Assembly (NCBI GenBank): GCA_964234715.1
Contig: OZ174281.1
Length of the DNA stretch: 64,000 bases
Origin: Podarcis melisellensis
Taxonomy: Eukaryota
Direction: 5' to 3' (one strand)
Within the stretch, counting starts at the first letter, position 1. Each line of letters opens with the position of its first letter. A program made the position numbers and the translations under genes. Positions 40,078-50,853 of this stretch are shown piece by piece. Below the pieces are notes generated by a model that worked only from the letters and a program-made list of their open reading frames with translations, made no database searches and was not told where the DNA came from.

Positions 40078-41454
40078 TTTTTTTTTAATATAATTTTTAT
40101 TAGGTTTATAATATACAAAATTCAAATTCCAAATACATGTTTCCATAAATCTAATGGACTCCCCCCATCTTCCGAGCACTGCATTCTCTGTAAATCCAAA
40201 ACCTCAGCAATTTGTTGACTTATTTTAAACATAATAATATATCTTCCATTTTATCGTGATATCTGGTCTCTAAACATTTCAATCCAAATCCATTAATTTT
40301 TAGTTTCAACACAATAAAATTATTTCATTACACCACTTCTGTCATGTTGTGCCTTATTTACCAATTCAAAAATTTACCGATACTGAAGCTGTACTTTCCT
40401 AGAAATGAGCATTTTTTAACATTCATACAACTTATAATGCTTTTTCAAATAGTCCTTAAATTTTTCCCAAACTTCCTCCGTTTCTTCTTCTCCCGAGTCT
40501 CGAATTCTGCCAGTCATTTCGGCCAGTTCCATATAGTCCATCAGCTGCGTCTGCCATTCTTCCAGTGTGGGTAGATTTTGTGTCTTCCAGTGCTTTGCCA
40601 TCAAGATCCTTGGTGCTGTAGTAGCGTACATAAAAAAAGTTCTATCTTTCTTAGCCACCCTCTGGTCTACCATGCCCAGGAGGAAGGCCTCCGGTTTCTT
40701 GGGTACGGTAAATCTAAGCACCTTTTTTAGTTCATTATGTATCATCTCCCAGAAGGCCTTCACCTTCGGGCAGGTCCACCAGAGGTGTAGAAATGTCCCT
40801 TCCTCCTCTTTACATTTCCAACATTTATTATCAGACAGGTGATATATCTTTGCAAGCTTGACTGGGGTCATGTACCACCGGTATATCATTTTCATAATAT
40901 TTTCCTTCAAGGCACTACATGCCGTGAATTTCATTCCGGTGTTCCATAACCTTTCCCAGTCTTCAAACATAATGTTGTGCCCCAAGTCCTGCGCCCACTT
41001 TATCATGGAGGATTTAACAATCTCATCTTGTGTATTCCATTTAAGCAGCAAGTTGTACATTCTCGAAATTAACTTAGATTTTGGCTCAAGCAACTCTGTC
41101 TCTAGTTTCGATTTTTCCTCCTGGAAACCCACTTTTTTGTCCGCTTTAAAAACTTCCTGGATTTGAGCATAATGCAACCAATCTCGCACCTTGTTTTTTA
41201 ACTTTTCCATACTCTGCAACCTCCATTTATCTCCAATTTTTTCAATTATTTCCCAATATTTAGGCCAGTGGGCCTCCATATTGAGTCTTTTACGTGCTTT
41301 GGCCTCCATTGGTGAGAGCCACCTCGGAGTTTTACTCTCCAATAAGTCTTTATATTTTGACCAGACCATAAAAATTGCCCTTCTGACAATGTGGTTTTTG
41401 AACAATTTATGAACTTTAACCTTGTCATACCACAAATATGCATGCCACCCAAAA
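40078..41454 (-). mobile_element. 5'-truncated L1-clade LINE with an open ORF2 C-terminus, 3'UTR and poly(A)
   Basis: The 369-aa ORF contains the CCHC motif CWKCKEEEGTFLHLWWTC; poly(A) at 40073-40086; 12-bp TSD gcatgagttttt. Confidence 0.93.
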
Positions 41455-42096
41455 GCATGAGTTTTTAAAGCGGCCAGAGAGCACCAGAACAGAACAATGT
41501 CTGCATCCTTTAAGCAAACAAACAAAAATCAAAAGACTCTAAAGCCATAATGTTTCTATCTGTGGCGGGATCTGCGCAGCTCTGGTTCTCACAGAATCTC
41601 CTGCTTTCCACAGATTTGTGACACACAATGCTTCAGTAGTTTTCCTCCTTGATAGTACAATACAATAGGCACTTTATTCCAGGGATGGGGGGTGAGGGAA
41701 GCGGAAGATAAAAAAGAACCGACACAGAACTGCCTGCCAGATTCCCGACTAGAGATGTCCATTGTCAGCCTCCACAACACAGCATGTGCTTCTCTCTGTT
41801 GATACCCTGGCCCTGCTTTATGGCTTGGGGCGTTTTCGCCTCCTCCTGTCTGTGTCAAGTCCACGCAAGTTAATAGCTCACAAGGTTTAATGGGCTGGTG
41901 GTGCACTGGTGGGAGGAACTCTTTTAACTTATTAAAGCTTCCTTGCTGGTTCAAGAGGTTGTTCTTATTTACCATGTTGAGAATCAGACCTCAATTCTTC
42001 AAGTTCATTAGGGGATACTATGCCACGCATTCTCTGTATGCCTAGCCTACCTCACAGGGTGGTTGTGAGGATGAAATGAGGAGAGAAAACTGCATA

Positions 42097-42338
42097 CAGT
42101 GGTACCTCGGGTTAAGAACTTAATTCGTTCTGGAGGTCCGTTCTTAACCTGAAACTGTTCTTAACCTGAAACACCACTTTAGCTAATAGGGCCTCCTGCT
42201 GCTGTCGGGCCGCCGGAGCACGATTTCTGTTCTCATCCTGAAGCAAAGTTCTTAACCTGAGGTACTGTTTCTGGGTTAGCGGAGTCTGTAACCTGAAGCG
42301 TCTGTAACCTGAAGCATATGTGACCCGAGGTACCACTG
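42097..42338 (+). mobile_element. Tc1/mariner (Tigger-type) MITE
   Basis: TIR cagtggtacctcgggt/acccgaggtaccactg, TA target; six copies in the window. Confidence 0.9.
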
Positions 42339-43451
42339 TGCAGCACTCTGAGGAACTTGGGCAGTGTGTGTGTGTTTAGAAAACAACTGGGTTTTGTGTG
42401 GCTGGAATGTCACCATTTTACAAAGCAAAGAGTCGTATCTGCTGCTGTCATCACTGGCCCCTAGCAGGTTACTCATGAAAGGACTGCGGCCCTCAGACTG
42501 CCAATTCCTTTGGACTTAAAGCCATGCATATGGAGAAAGGGAGGCAAACGGTATTAGAGGCAGACCATTCTTTCTGCCTTTAAATTTTTATTATTAATAA
42601 TAATCTTGGGAAATTAGTCACTTGCTTAAGCTTCTGCTTGAGAAGCTTACATCATCCTTTTTTGTTTGAGCTCTTACTGCTCCTCCCTCCTTTTTCCTGT
42701 TACTGTCTAAACATGAGTGAGATAATTGGATGACCTGTTTAGGGTAGTTTAGAAACGGCTCCTAATAGAAACGAGCAGGCATTTCTCCTTTACTCAGAGG
42801 TGATAGTTTCCTTGGTAGCTATAATAATAAACTCTCTGTGTACGTAGGTGGCAGTAGTTGGGGAGGCAGGGGCAGAGAAAGAAAAGTTAATCATTCTGGT
42901 ATATGATAGCTCAATGTACACAAGTGTACGTGCCTGGGAGCATTTCCCCCGCCTCCTGCTATGACAAAAAGATTCTGGTGAAAGAATGGATGCTTAAGTT
43001 GTTTTCTGATGAATAATTGTTGTCTGGGGGAGAGGCAGACTAAGGGTGCTAGGTTTTTTTGGGTTTTTGTGGCCAGTTTTGTTAGCCTTTAAAGAAGCCA
43101 CTGTACACAATCTCATGGTGCTGCATTAGTTATCATCTCTCTGTTTGCTCCATGGCTGCGCACCCACCCACCTACCACTGTCTTGCAATGGACGTCATTC
43201 GCCCTGTTTACTTTATGAGGCCGGATGGAATACTCCCTGCGTTCCCACCCCTGCCTCTGACTGGCCTCTTTCCCTTTGGCATTTTAAAGCTGTCACTTCA
43301 TATCCTTCTTGACTGTTTCTTTCATCTCCTTGCCCTGGTTTTTATTTTAATGAGTAATTAAAAAAAAATAGCAGGCTCCTGTTTTTCTATAGCTACTTTT
43401 ATGGCCTAACAACCCACATCATGGTGTCGTTTCAAGGAGGAGTATGCTGGA

Positions 43452-43828
43452 AGAGAGCTGCAGCTCAGTGGTTAGAGCATCTGCTTTGTGGTCCCCGATT
43501 CAATCCTTGGCCTCGCCAGGTAAGGCTGGGAGGACCTGCTGCTGGCCAGTGTCAACAGCACTGATCTAGCTTGAACAGTGCCCTGACTCAGTACACTAAT
43601 ACCTTGGGTTACAGACACTTCAGGTTACAGACTCTGCTAACCCAGAAATAGTACCTCGGGTTAAGAACTTTGCTTCAGGATGAGAACAGAAATTGTACGG
43701 CGGCGGCAGCGGGAGGCCCCATTAGCTAAAGTGGTGCTTCAGGTTAAGAACAGTTTCAGGTTAAGAACGGACCTCCGGAACGAATTAAGTTCTTAACCCG
43801 AGGTACCACTGTATAAGGCATCTTCCTG
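43452..43828 (+). mobile_element. Old tRNA-derived SINE split by a Tigger MITE
   Basis: gcagctcagtggttagagcatctgctttg A-box head; tail ctgactcagTA|TAtaaggcatcttcct. Confidence 0.65.
43594..43811 (-). mobile_element. Tigger-type MITE inserted in a tRNA-derived SINE
   Basis: Same family; TA on both sides. Confidence 0.88.
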
Positions 43829-46800
43829 TATTGTATATTGTAGCAACCTAAACATCAAAAGAAACAGAGGCTTCAAAGGATGGGAGCCCCATACAGAATG
43901 ATGCAAAATAACTGGCCATGTGACTGATCCGTGCTAACAGTTCTGAGGAAATGGAGGGAAAGTGTGTTTTTCCCCAATAACTGTCACTCTTGTATTTAAG
44001 TAGCTTGCTTGCCACAGGTATCCAGGAATTCCATGCAGGTGAGTGAGCGGGCAGGATCCCCCATCCCTGACTAGTTGTCTTAGTTTCTATGCGAGCTGCA
44101 GATACAGTGAAGTCTTTCTTTATTCACAGCTAGTGAGAAGCTGCAGCAAGGTGGCAGGGAGGGAGGGAGGGAGCACCTCTATCCCTTCGCATCGCCATCG
44201 GTCCACTTTGTAGCCTATTAAAAGGACTAGCATCCTGCATTTCCATTCTGGCTGCAGAGGAGGGGGCTCTCCCCTGCACATTCCATGCCCAACACAGAAC
44301 TGTACAGCACAGACGACCCGCCTCCTAGCAAGCTAATAACATTTGCAGCCCAGTAACTTGTGGGCTTACTTAAAAAAACTGTTGTAACTTTCTTTATTTA
44401 CCCCGTTCTTTAGCAGGATAAAAGTCTCCTGGAGCTGTGCACAAGTACAGACAGTCCCTGCCCTCAGGTTTATAATCTAAAATGTATGACAGGCAAGGAA
44501 AAAGCAGTGGGGAGGGAGGAGGAAAAGGTAAGCTCAGGTTCCAGTATATATGTTTGCATTAATTTTGAGCATCTTTAACATTTCATGGGGACAGTGGCTC
44601 CCAGCTTGTGATGCCTGGTAAACCAGTCCAGCAAAGTGAGGCCGTATTAGCTCACTGGCCAAGTCCTGGTCAAAGGAAAAGAGGGAAGACTCTTATTGAT
44701 TCCTGTTTATTGGCATTCATGGTTCTTTTTTCCTGGCACCCAAAATTATTACTGACATTTTGTCTTATTCTCCCCCCCCCCCTTCTGTCTTCGGTGCATT
44801 TGTTCTAATTAAAAGCTGGAAACCTGAATGGTTCTGCTTGACTACTCAAACTAAATGTTTGCTTCCTGTTCACCCAGCTGTAAATCAGAGACCTGGCATG
44901 TTAGGTTTTGGATAAGTCAAAAGTAGTTAGGCTTGGTGCTTTAACTAGTTGTAGCACCTCCCTATAAAATGCAGGCAGGAGAAAGTGGTGTACTATATAT
45001 ACATCTGGCCGAGGGTAAAACTTTGAAAAAGAGAAAGAGTTCAACAGTTGGGTAAGTTTTCAAGTGACAGTTATCATAGAGCAGATCTATGCTTCGGGTG
45101 TGAATTTGGTTGCTACACAGGAGTAAATAGATACCCCTAGCACAGGGGTGGGGAAGCAGTTGCCTTCCAAATGATGTTGGACTGAAATTCCCATCTGTTC
45201 TAGCCAGCATGGCAGATTGTCAGGGGTCACTCATCTGTGATATCTAGCCCTCCTCGAGAAACAGATTTCCCAGGCTCTGCTCTCACCTGATACCTTCTAT
45301 GCAATTGGGTGTTCCTTTATCACATATTAATCGTGGCTCATATCTTCCTAGTCCGCCAGACTTTTTGGAAAGACAGATTTGGCTAAATACATTTTTATCT
45401 GCTTATACAGTCCTGTTTAACTCACATGATAGCATCTTTATTTGTTCATATGTGTTTGTCTCAAAGCTGGATATGATCTTTGTTAATTTGTGTTGATTCA
45501 TTCTTCTGTATTCATTTTGCCTTGTATCCTGTTGATAAACCCAATAACAAAGAATTAGGATTTTTTGGCTGGCAAACTTCAATTGACCATATTAGTTGAG
45601 CTTTTGTTTTTGTTTTGCCAGTTTTCATTTGTTGAGAGAACATATTTTAATCAGCAGTAGTATGAGTGTAAAGATAAACCAACTTAGTTGTTCTATACTA
45701 TCTTTGGTTCTGGTTCTTGCAATAGTGAATAAAGCATTTAATCTTGAACATAGGTTCTTACCCTTCTCAAGAAGACACCTGTGTTGATATTTTGATAATA
45801 TGCAAAATTATTTAAATGTAGCTATGTTATCAGTGAAAAGTCTGATTAAAATCTCTCTTGATTAGCTGACAGCCCTACTTAGAATGCATTTTGTTATTTG
45901 TGGTGCTCTCTCAAGCTTTCTCTCCCCTGCCCTATCAAATCAGCATAATTTCACCTTCAAATAAGAATACTTATTAATTAAAGGCAACAGAAATGCAGGT
46001 TGTTGGGTTTTTAAAAAATAAATAAATAAATCTATATTTGAGGCTCATACAGTCATTCCAGATTGACTTGACTTTATTCAGCATGCTAATCAACCATGTA
46101 GTACCTTAATTTAAGATACATTAAACTGAAAAAAAATTACTTCGCAAATCCACTCCCTGCTCTTTTTTGAACGAGTAAATAATAAATCCTTCTAGTACTG
46201 TTAGAAACTAGTACTGATTTGTGTTTGAGGCAGGGAGAGACTGGAGCTTCATCCTCTGCTGTCAAAGTTTGGCTTTTATCGAAAAGTAAAACTGCTTTCT
46301 CCTTCGTATAAACTGTCTGCTGTTAAAAGGACTTTCCAGAAGCCACCAACCATCAGCTTGTTTAGGATGGGCTGTAACCATTCATTGCTATGTCTATGTG
46401 TTTTTTGCACTACATATACATTTTCCTCTGAGAGAAGAGAACTCTTGCAATTCATCTACAGCTATCTGGCTCCTCTGGAGTACAGGACTGGGCAGTCTAA
46501 TGGCTGCCAGCGTGCTTTGCTTAGGACCATGTGAGCCAAGAAGTAAAGCGTTCTGGGCCTTTGTGAAGGCGTCCAAGAATGACAGCCTATACAGCTTGTC
46601 TGCTTCCCACTGACTGCCTAGTTTGGCTGACAGCTTCAGTACCGAATGTGCCAGACAGCCATGTATACAGAAAGAAAGAGAGCGAGAGACAGGCAAAGCA
46701 TGTTTTGTCTGTGAATGGAAACGGCATATTTTTAAAAAGAGGTATGGGTTGGCTCATGTTATGAAGTTGCAGAGCCATATGCAGAGCCGGGGTGCTGCTC

Positions 46801-46999
46801 TGTAGTGGTGGATGCAGAGTTAGGCCCAGTGCTCGCATTACTCTGGTGGGATGGGAACCTTCAGCGGTGCACAGCTACTTCCTGAGAAGCCCGGCCATGC
46901 AGGGAGAACCTGCTCCAAAGCTCCTCCCCATGGCAGGGTTAACCCATGCCCCTGAAACATGAGGCTGGCATGGACAAGCCACATTGTGGCCCTTTCTGT

Positions 47000-47632
47000 A
47001 GGATCTAGGGGTGTCTCTTAATCCCATGGTGGCTCAGGAAGCAGTGAGGCTGCAGGGCTATCAAGATAATGTCGCTGGGGGCCTTTCAACCTGGGAAGGT
47101 AGCCCATCTAGGAGAAGGAAAGCTCTGATCCTAAACCTCCACAGCCTTGCAGGACATCTTTGGAAGAAGAAAAGGCTCAGCAACTTTTCAGCAACCCTGC
47201 AGCCAATCTGGTGCCAGACGTATTGCTCTGCTTTACTTTGAACCACATCATCAAGGCCACATCTAGGCAGACCAGGACCTCCATGCACCCTGCCCAGGCT
47301 TGTGCCTCAGGGAAGTCACTTTGGTGCTGCTAATGCAGTGGTTTGACTTCATCCCCGGAGGCACACTCCATTGTCTTTTGAGATACAGTGGTACCTTGGG
47401 TTATAGACGCTTCAGGTTACAGACGCCGCTAACCTAGAAATAGTACCTTGGGTTAAGAACTTTGCTTCAGGATGAGAACAGAAATCGCATGGTAGCGGTG
47501 TGGCAGCAGCGGGAGGCCCCATTAGCTAAAGTGGTACCTCAGGTTAAGAACAGTTTCAGGTTAAGAACGGACCTCCAGAACGAATTAAGTTCTTAACCCG
47601 AGGTACCACTGTAGATGGATGCCAGCAATAAC
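47000..47632 (+). mobile_element. RTE-related non-autonomous retroelement interrupted by a Tigger MITE
   Basis: Shares the 3' end ctccattgtc..gaga[TA MITE]gatggatgccagcaa with 53190-53222; a homologous segment is at 63495-63635. Confidence 0.55.
47386..47611 (-). mobile_element. Tigger-type MITE
   Basis: TA|cagtggtacc...ggtaccactg|TA. Confidence 0.9.
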
Positions 47633-48092
47633 AAGGACCTTAGTTTTGGTTTTGACAGATGAAGCTTTAAATCTCAGCGTGTACAAAGGCTTTCTGGGTA
47701 GCCAAGAGAGTGTTGTGCCTCTGCTTCTCTGTTCTGCATCTTTACAATTAGGGGGTGGGTGGGTGTACAGAACCATGGACATACCTTTTCAGTGGCATGT
47801 TTTCAAATCTTTAAAACGAACAAAACTTTTTTAAAAAAGAGAGCAGAATTAGTTACATTTTAAAATCATCCCAAAGCCATGTGGAAAGAAAAAGGTTTTA
47901 ACAGCCCACCTAAAATGAAGCAAAGTGGAAACCACTCCCTAAGGAGAGAGTGGTTTCCACTTTGCTTCATTTTGCTTCATTCCTAAGGAAATAGTTCCAT
48001 AGTTGGAGAAATCACCACAGAAAAGGCCCTGTCCCATCTTCCTCGGCAATTTAGTCTCCCTTGGCAATGAGGAATCAGCAGGTTGTCCAAAG

Positions 48093-48228
48093 CAGTGTTT
48101 CCCAACCTTGGGCCTCCAGCTGTTTTTGATCTACAACTCCCATCATCCCTGACTAGCAAGACCAGTGGCAAGGGATGATGGGAATTGTAGTCCAAAAACA
48201 GCTGGAGGCCCAAGGTTGGGAAACACTG
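48093..48228. mobile_element. Palindromic hAT MITE (young)
   Basis: Near-perfect ~55-bp inverted arms starting cagtgtttcccaaccttgggcctccagctg; perfect 8-bp TSD gtccaaag. Degenerate relatives at ~11390, 21180, 22945, 33490, 45140, 49300 and 53690. Confidence 0.93.
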
Positions 48229-48670
48229 GTCCAAAGCAGGTCTTAAGCTGCCAGATTTGCCTTTTCCAGGATATTTGCATGTTAACCCTTGCGACAGTCC
48301 AGTGAAGTAGATTTTTAATAGTTCCCATTTTCTAGAAGGCAAACTGAAGTTGAGACACAACTGACTGAGCAAACATTTGACCCTGGGTTTCATTCCAGCA
48401 TGCTTATCCCTTTTATTGCTATTAAATAAGTTAGCAGTTTTATGCAATATTTACAGCATGCCACATGAAGTAGTAGAGATTTACCTTCCATTTATTCCTT
48501 TCAACACATGACTTAACACATCTCATACTTGAGTTTAAAAGCAGCAAACCTCATTGTTCCCTAGGAAAATTTTCACAAAAGAGGCATACTTTCTCAAGGT
48601 TTCTCAAGACCAGACTGAGGTTGCAGTTTAGCAAATTCAGATTCCTGGTCTCCTATACACATGATGAATA

Positions 48671-48742
48671 GGCGCCATGGCTTAGCTGGTTAAAGCGCCT
48701 GTCTAGTAAACAGGAGATCCTGGGTTCGAACCAGCGGTGCCT
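48671..48742 (+). pseudogene. tRNA-Thr(AGT) gene copy, probably a pseudogene
   Basis: GGCGCCATGGCTTAGCTGGTTAAAGCGCCTGTCTAGTAAACAGGAGATCCTGGGTTCGAACCAGCGGTGCCT matches vertebrate tRNA-Thr-AGT. Differences: G7>A (A-C mismatch in the acceptor stem) and a 2-nt deletion in the T arm (TTCGAATCCCAG to TTCGAACCAG). Confidence 0.88.
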
Positions 48743-48762
48743 TTAGAGTACCTTTCATTACT

Positions 48763-49113
48763 GGGATGTGGGTGGCACTGTGGGTTAAACCACAGAGCCT
48801 AGGGCTTGCTGATCAGAAGGTCGGCGGTTCAAATCCCTGCGACGGGATGAGCTCCCGTTGCTCGGTCCCAGCTCCTGCCCCCCTAGCAGTTTGAAAGCAC
48901 GTCAAAGTGCAAGTAGATAAATAGGCACTGCTCTGGAGGGAAGGTAAACAGTGTTTCCATGCACTGCTCTGGTTCGCCAGAAGTGGCTTAGTCATGCTGG
49001 CCACATGACCCGGAAGCTGTATGCCGGCTCCCTCGGCCAATAAAGCGAGATGAGCACTGCAACTCCAGAGTCATCTGCGACTGGACCTAACGGTCAGGGG
49101 TCCCTTTACCTTT
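48763..49113 (+). mobile_element. Sauria SINE
   Basis: Full-length copy homologous to 23063-23411. Confidence 0.92.
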
Positions 49114-49711
49114 AGCTATACGCATGATGAGATCCTTGATTATAAATGTAGGACAGAGATTTTTTGGCCTGCATTTGAAGTGGTATTTCAGGACCGGAAT
49201 CCTAACTCCCAACTTCCAGGGCCCCATCACACCCCCACAGAGGATATAAAAGATTATGTATGTATATTTAGACAAATTGACTCTTACCATAAAGCAGGGA
49301 TCTTACACTCTAAATCCATGTCTCTCCAGATATTACTGGACTCCAATTTCCATCAGCCCCAGCCATCATAATCAGGAATGATAGGAGTTGTAGTCTAATG
49401 AGGTCTGGAAGCCCAAAGGTCCCCCAGCCCTGCCATAAAGAAGCCTATACTCTTATTGTACCCCAACCTCTTTCTCTCTGTTTTTTAAGGATATGGGGCA
49501 ATTAAAAGTGATGGGGGCGTGAAGGCTGCCATTTTGACTTTTGGCTTCAGGTGTGTCAATGTCCATGGCTGCTGTCATTGTGTTTTTAATGTCACATTTG
49601 TGCAATGATCCCCCCTTACTCACACCGAGCATTCTTACTTCTTTAAAGAACCTGAGTGTGTCTGAGATGGAATATGTTGTGCTGAAGTTCTCTCCTCTGT
49701 TTTCTCTGCAG

Positions 49712-50158
49712 AATCTTATGGCAAGAGCTCTCTACGATAATGTTCCAGAATGTGCAGAGGAGCTGGCTTTCCGCAAAGGAGACATTTTGACCGTGATAGA
49801 ACAGAACACGGAAGGGCTGGAAGGATGGTGGCTTTGCTCCTTACACGGGCGGCAAGGCATTGTCCCGGGCAACCGTGTGAAACTTCTCATCGGCCCTGTG
49901 CAGGAGAGTCCCTCTAACCAAGACATGGCCAATTCGGGATCTGTACACCAACCCTTTAACCAGCCAAAGATCTACCAAGTGCCTAGTGCTCATGCTTCTC
50001 CTCGGGATCCGGTCTACCAAGTGCCTCCTTCTTACCACAGCCAGGGGATCTACCAGGTACCCACCGGCCATGGTTTTCAGGGCCAAGATGTCTACCAAGT
50101 GCCTCCATCTGGGCAAAGGAGTTTTGGCGGAATGGATACCTCCCCTATAAGCAACAAG
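49712..50158 (+). CDS. NEDD9: NEDD9 exon 2: SH3 domain and start of the YxxP substrate domain
   Basis: Acceptor tctcctctgttttctctgcag|AAT and donor AAG|gtgggt. 447 nt = 149 codons, NLMARALYDNVPECAEELAFRKGDILTVIEQNTEGLEGWWLCSLHGRQGIVPGNRVKLLIGP, with four YQVP motifs. ECAEELAF fits NEDD9 rather than BCAR1 (ESPDELSF). Confidence 0.97.
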
Positions 50159-50299
50159 GTGGGTCCAAATTATCTTGAGGCATCTGTTTCAAACCGTTTC
50201 CTTTGACTGTTTAGTTTTCGGGTAGGGAAAGTAGCTGAACGTGGTGGACTTCAACCGTCAAAAAATAGATAAAGCCTCAGTTAGTCTGGTATTTTTTTC

Positions 50300-50853
50300 T
50301 ACCACCAGTGATAATGAGATGATTTTTTATTTATACATTTTCCAACATTATATATATATACATCTTACAATTGCCTTTGATCAACTCATATCTCAAGACT
50401 TCCCAGTCTACCCCTCCATGGCATCTTATTTGATCCTACTAGTTGTGCTACATATCCTTTTATTCCATCCAGTTTCATTCTATACTATTCCTAGTTGTTA
50501 TTAACTGCTGTTCACAAATCAAACCCTACTTGGAGGTTTATTTGACTACTGTACCTCTTTAGATACCCTCGAAAATGTTCCCACTCCTCCCTTATCAGTG
50601 TCTCATCTCAATTTCTTGTGTTTGCTGTCATAGTAACTAACCCCACATACTCTATTATCTGATCTTGCCACTGTTCTTTTCTTGGGATTTCTTTGTCCTT
50701 CCATTGTTGTGCATAGATTATTCTAGCCATTGTGGTCGCATAGAAATAGGCAGAGTACCTTCTTGGAGATTTCACCCTTTGTTATACCTAATAAAAAGCT
50801 CTCTTTTTTTGGAAATATAAACCTAAACATCTTTTTAAATTCTGTATAGATTG
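50300..50853 (-). mobile_element. Degenerate L1 3' fragment
   Basis: The reverse strand encodes FYATTMARIIYAQQWK-like sequence plus a 3'UTR. Confidence 0.7.

Larger units (their letters stand above)
24176..49711 (+). other. NEDD9: NEDD9 intron 1 (25,536 nt, GT-AG, phase 0)
   Basis: Bounded by the gtaag donor at 24176 and the cag acceptor ending at 49711; the reading frame is continuous across the junction. Confidence 0.88.

Noticed and set aside
41455-41525. N-terminal part of the 369-aa ORF as a host gene or fusion protein
   Set aside because: Chance open frame in flanking DNA beyond the L1 TSD, with a TTG start.
44214-44225. CCTATTAAAAGG as a CArG box
   Set aside because: Eight A/T bases between CC and GG, not six.
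49541-49711. 57-aa hydrophobic N-terminal extension of the 221-aa ORF (MASGVSMSMAAVIVFL...)
   Set aside because: Intronic in-frame run-up ending in a polypyrimidine tract and AG; the real N-terminus MKYK comes from 24164-24175.
50159-50206. Read-through tail VGPNYLEASVSNRFL* as a truncated SH3-only isoform
   Set aside because: A good donor (AAG|gtgggt) sits at the expected exon end, with no nearby poly(A) signal or other evidence of intron retention.
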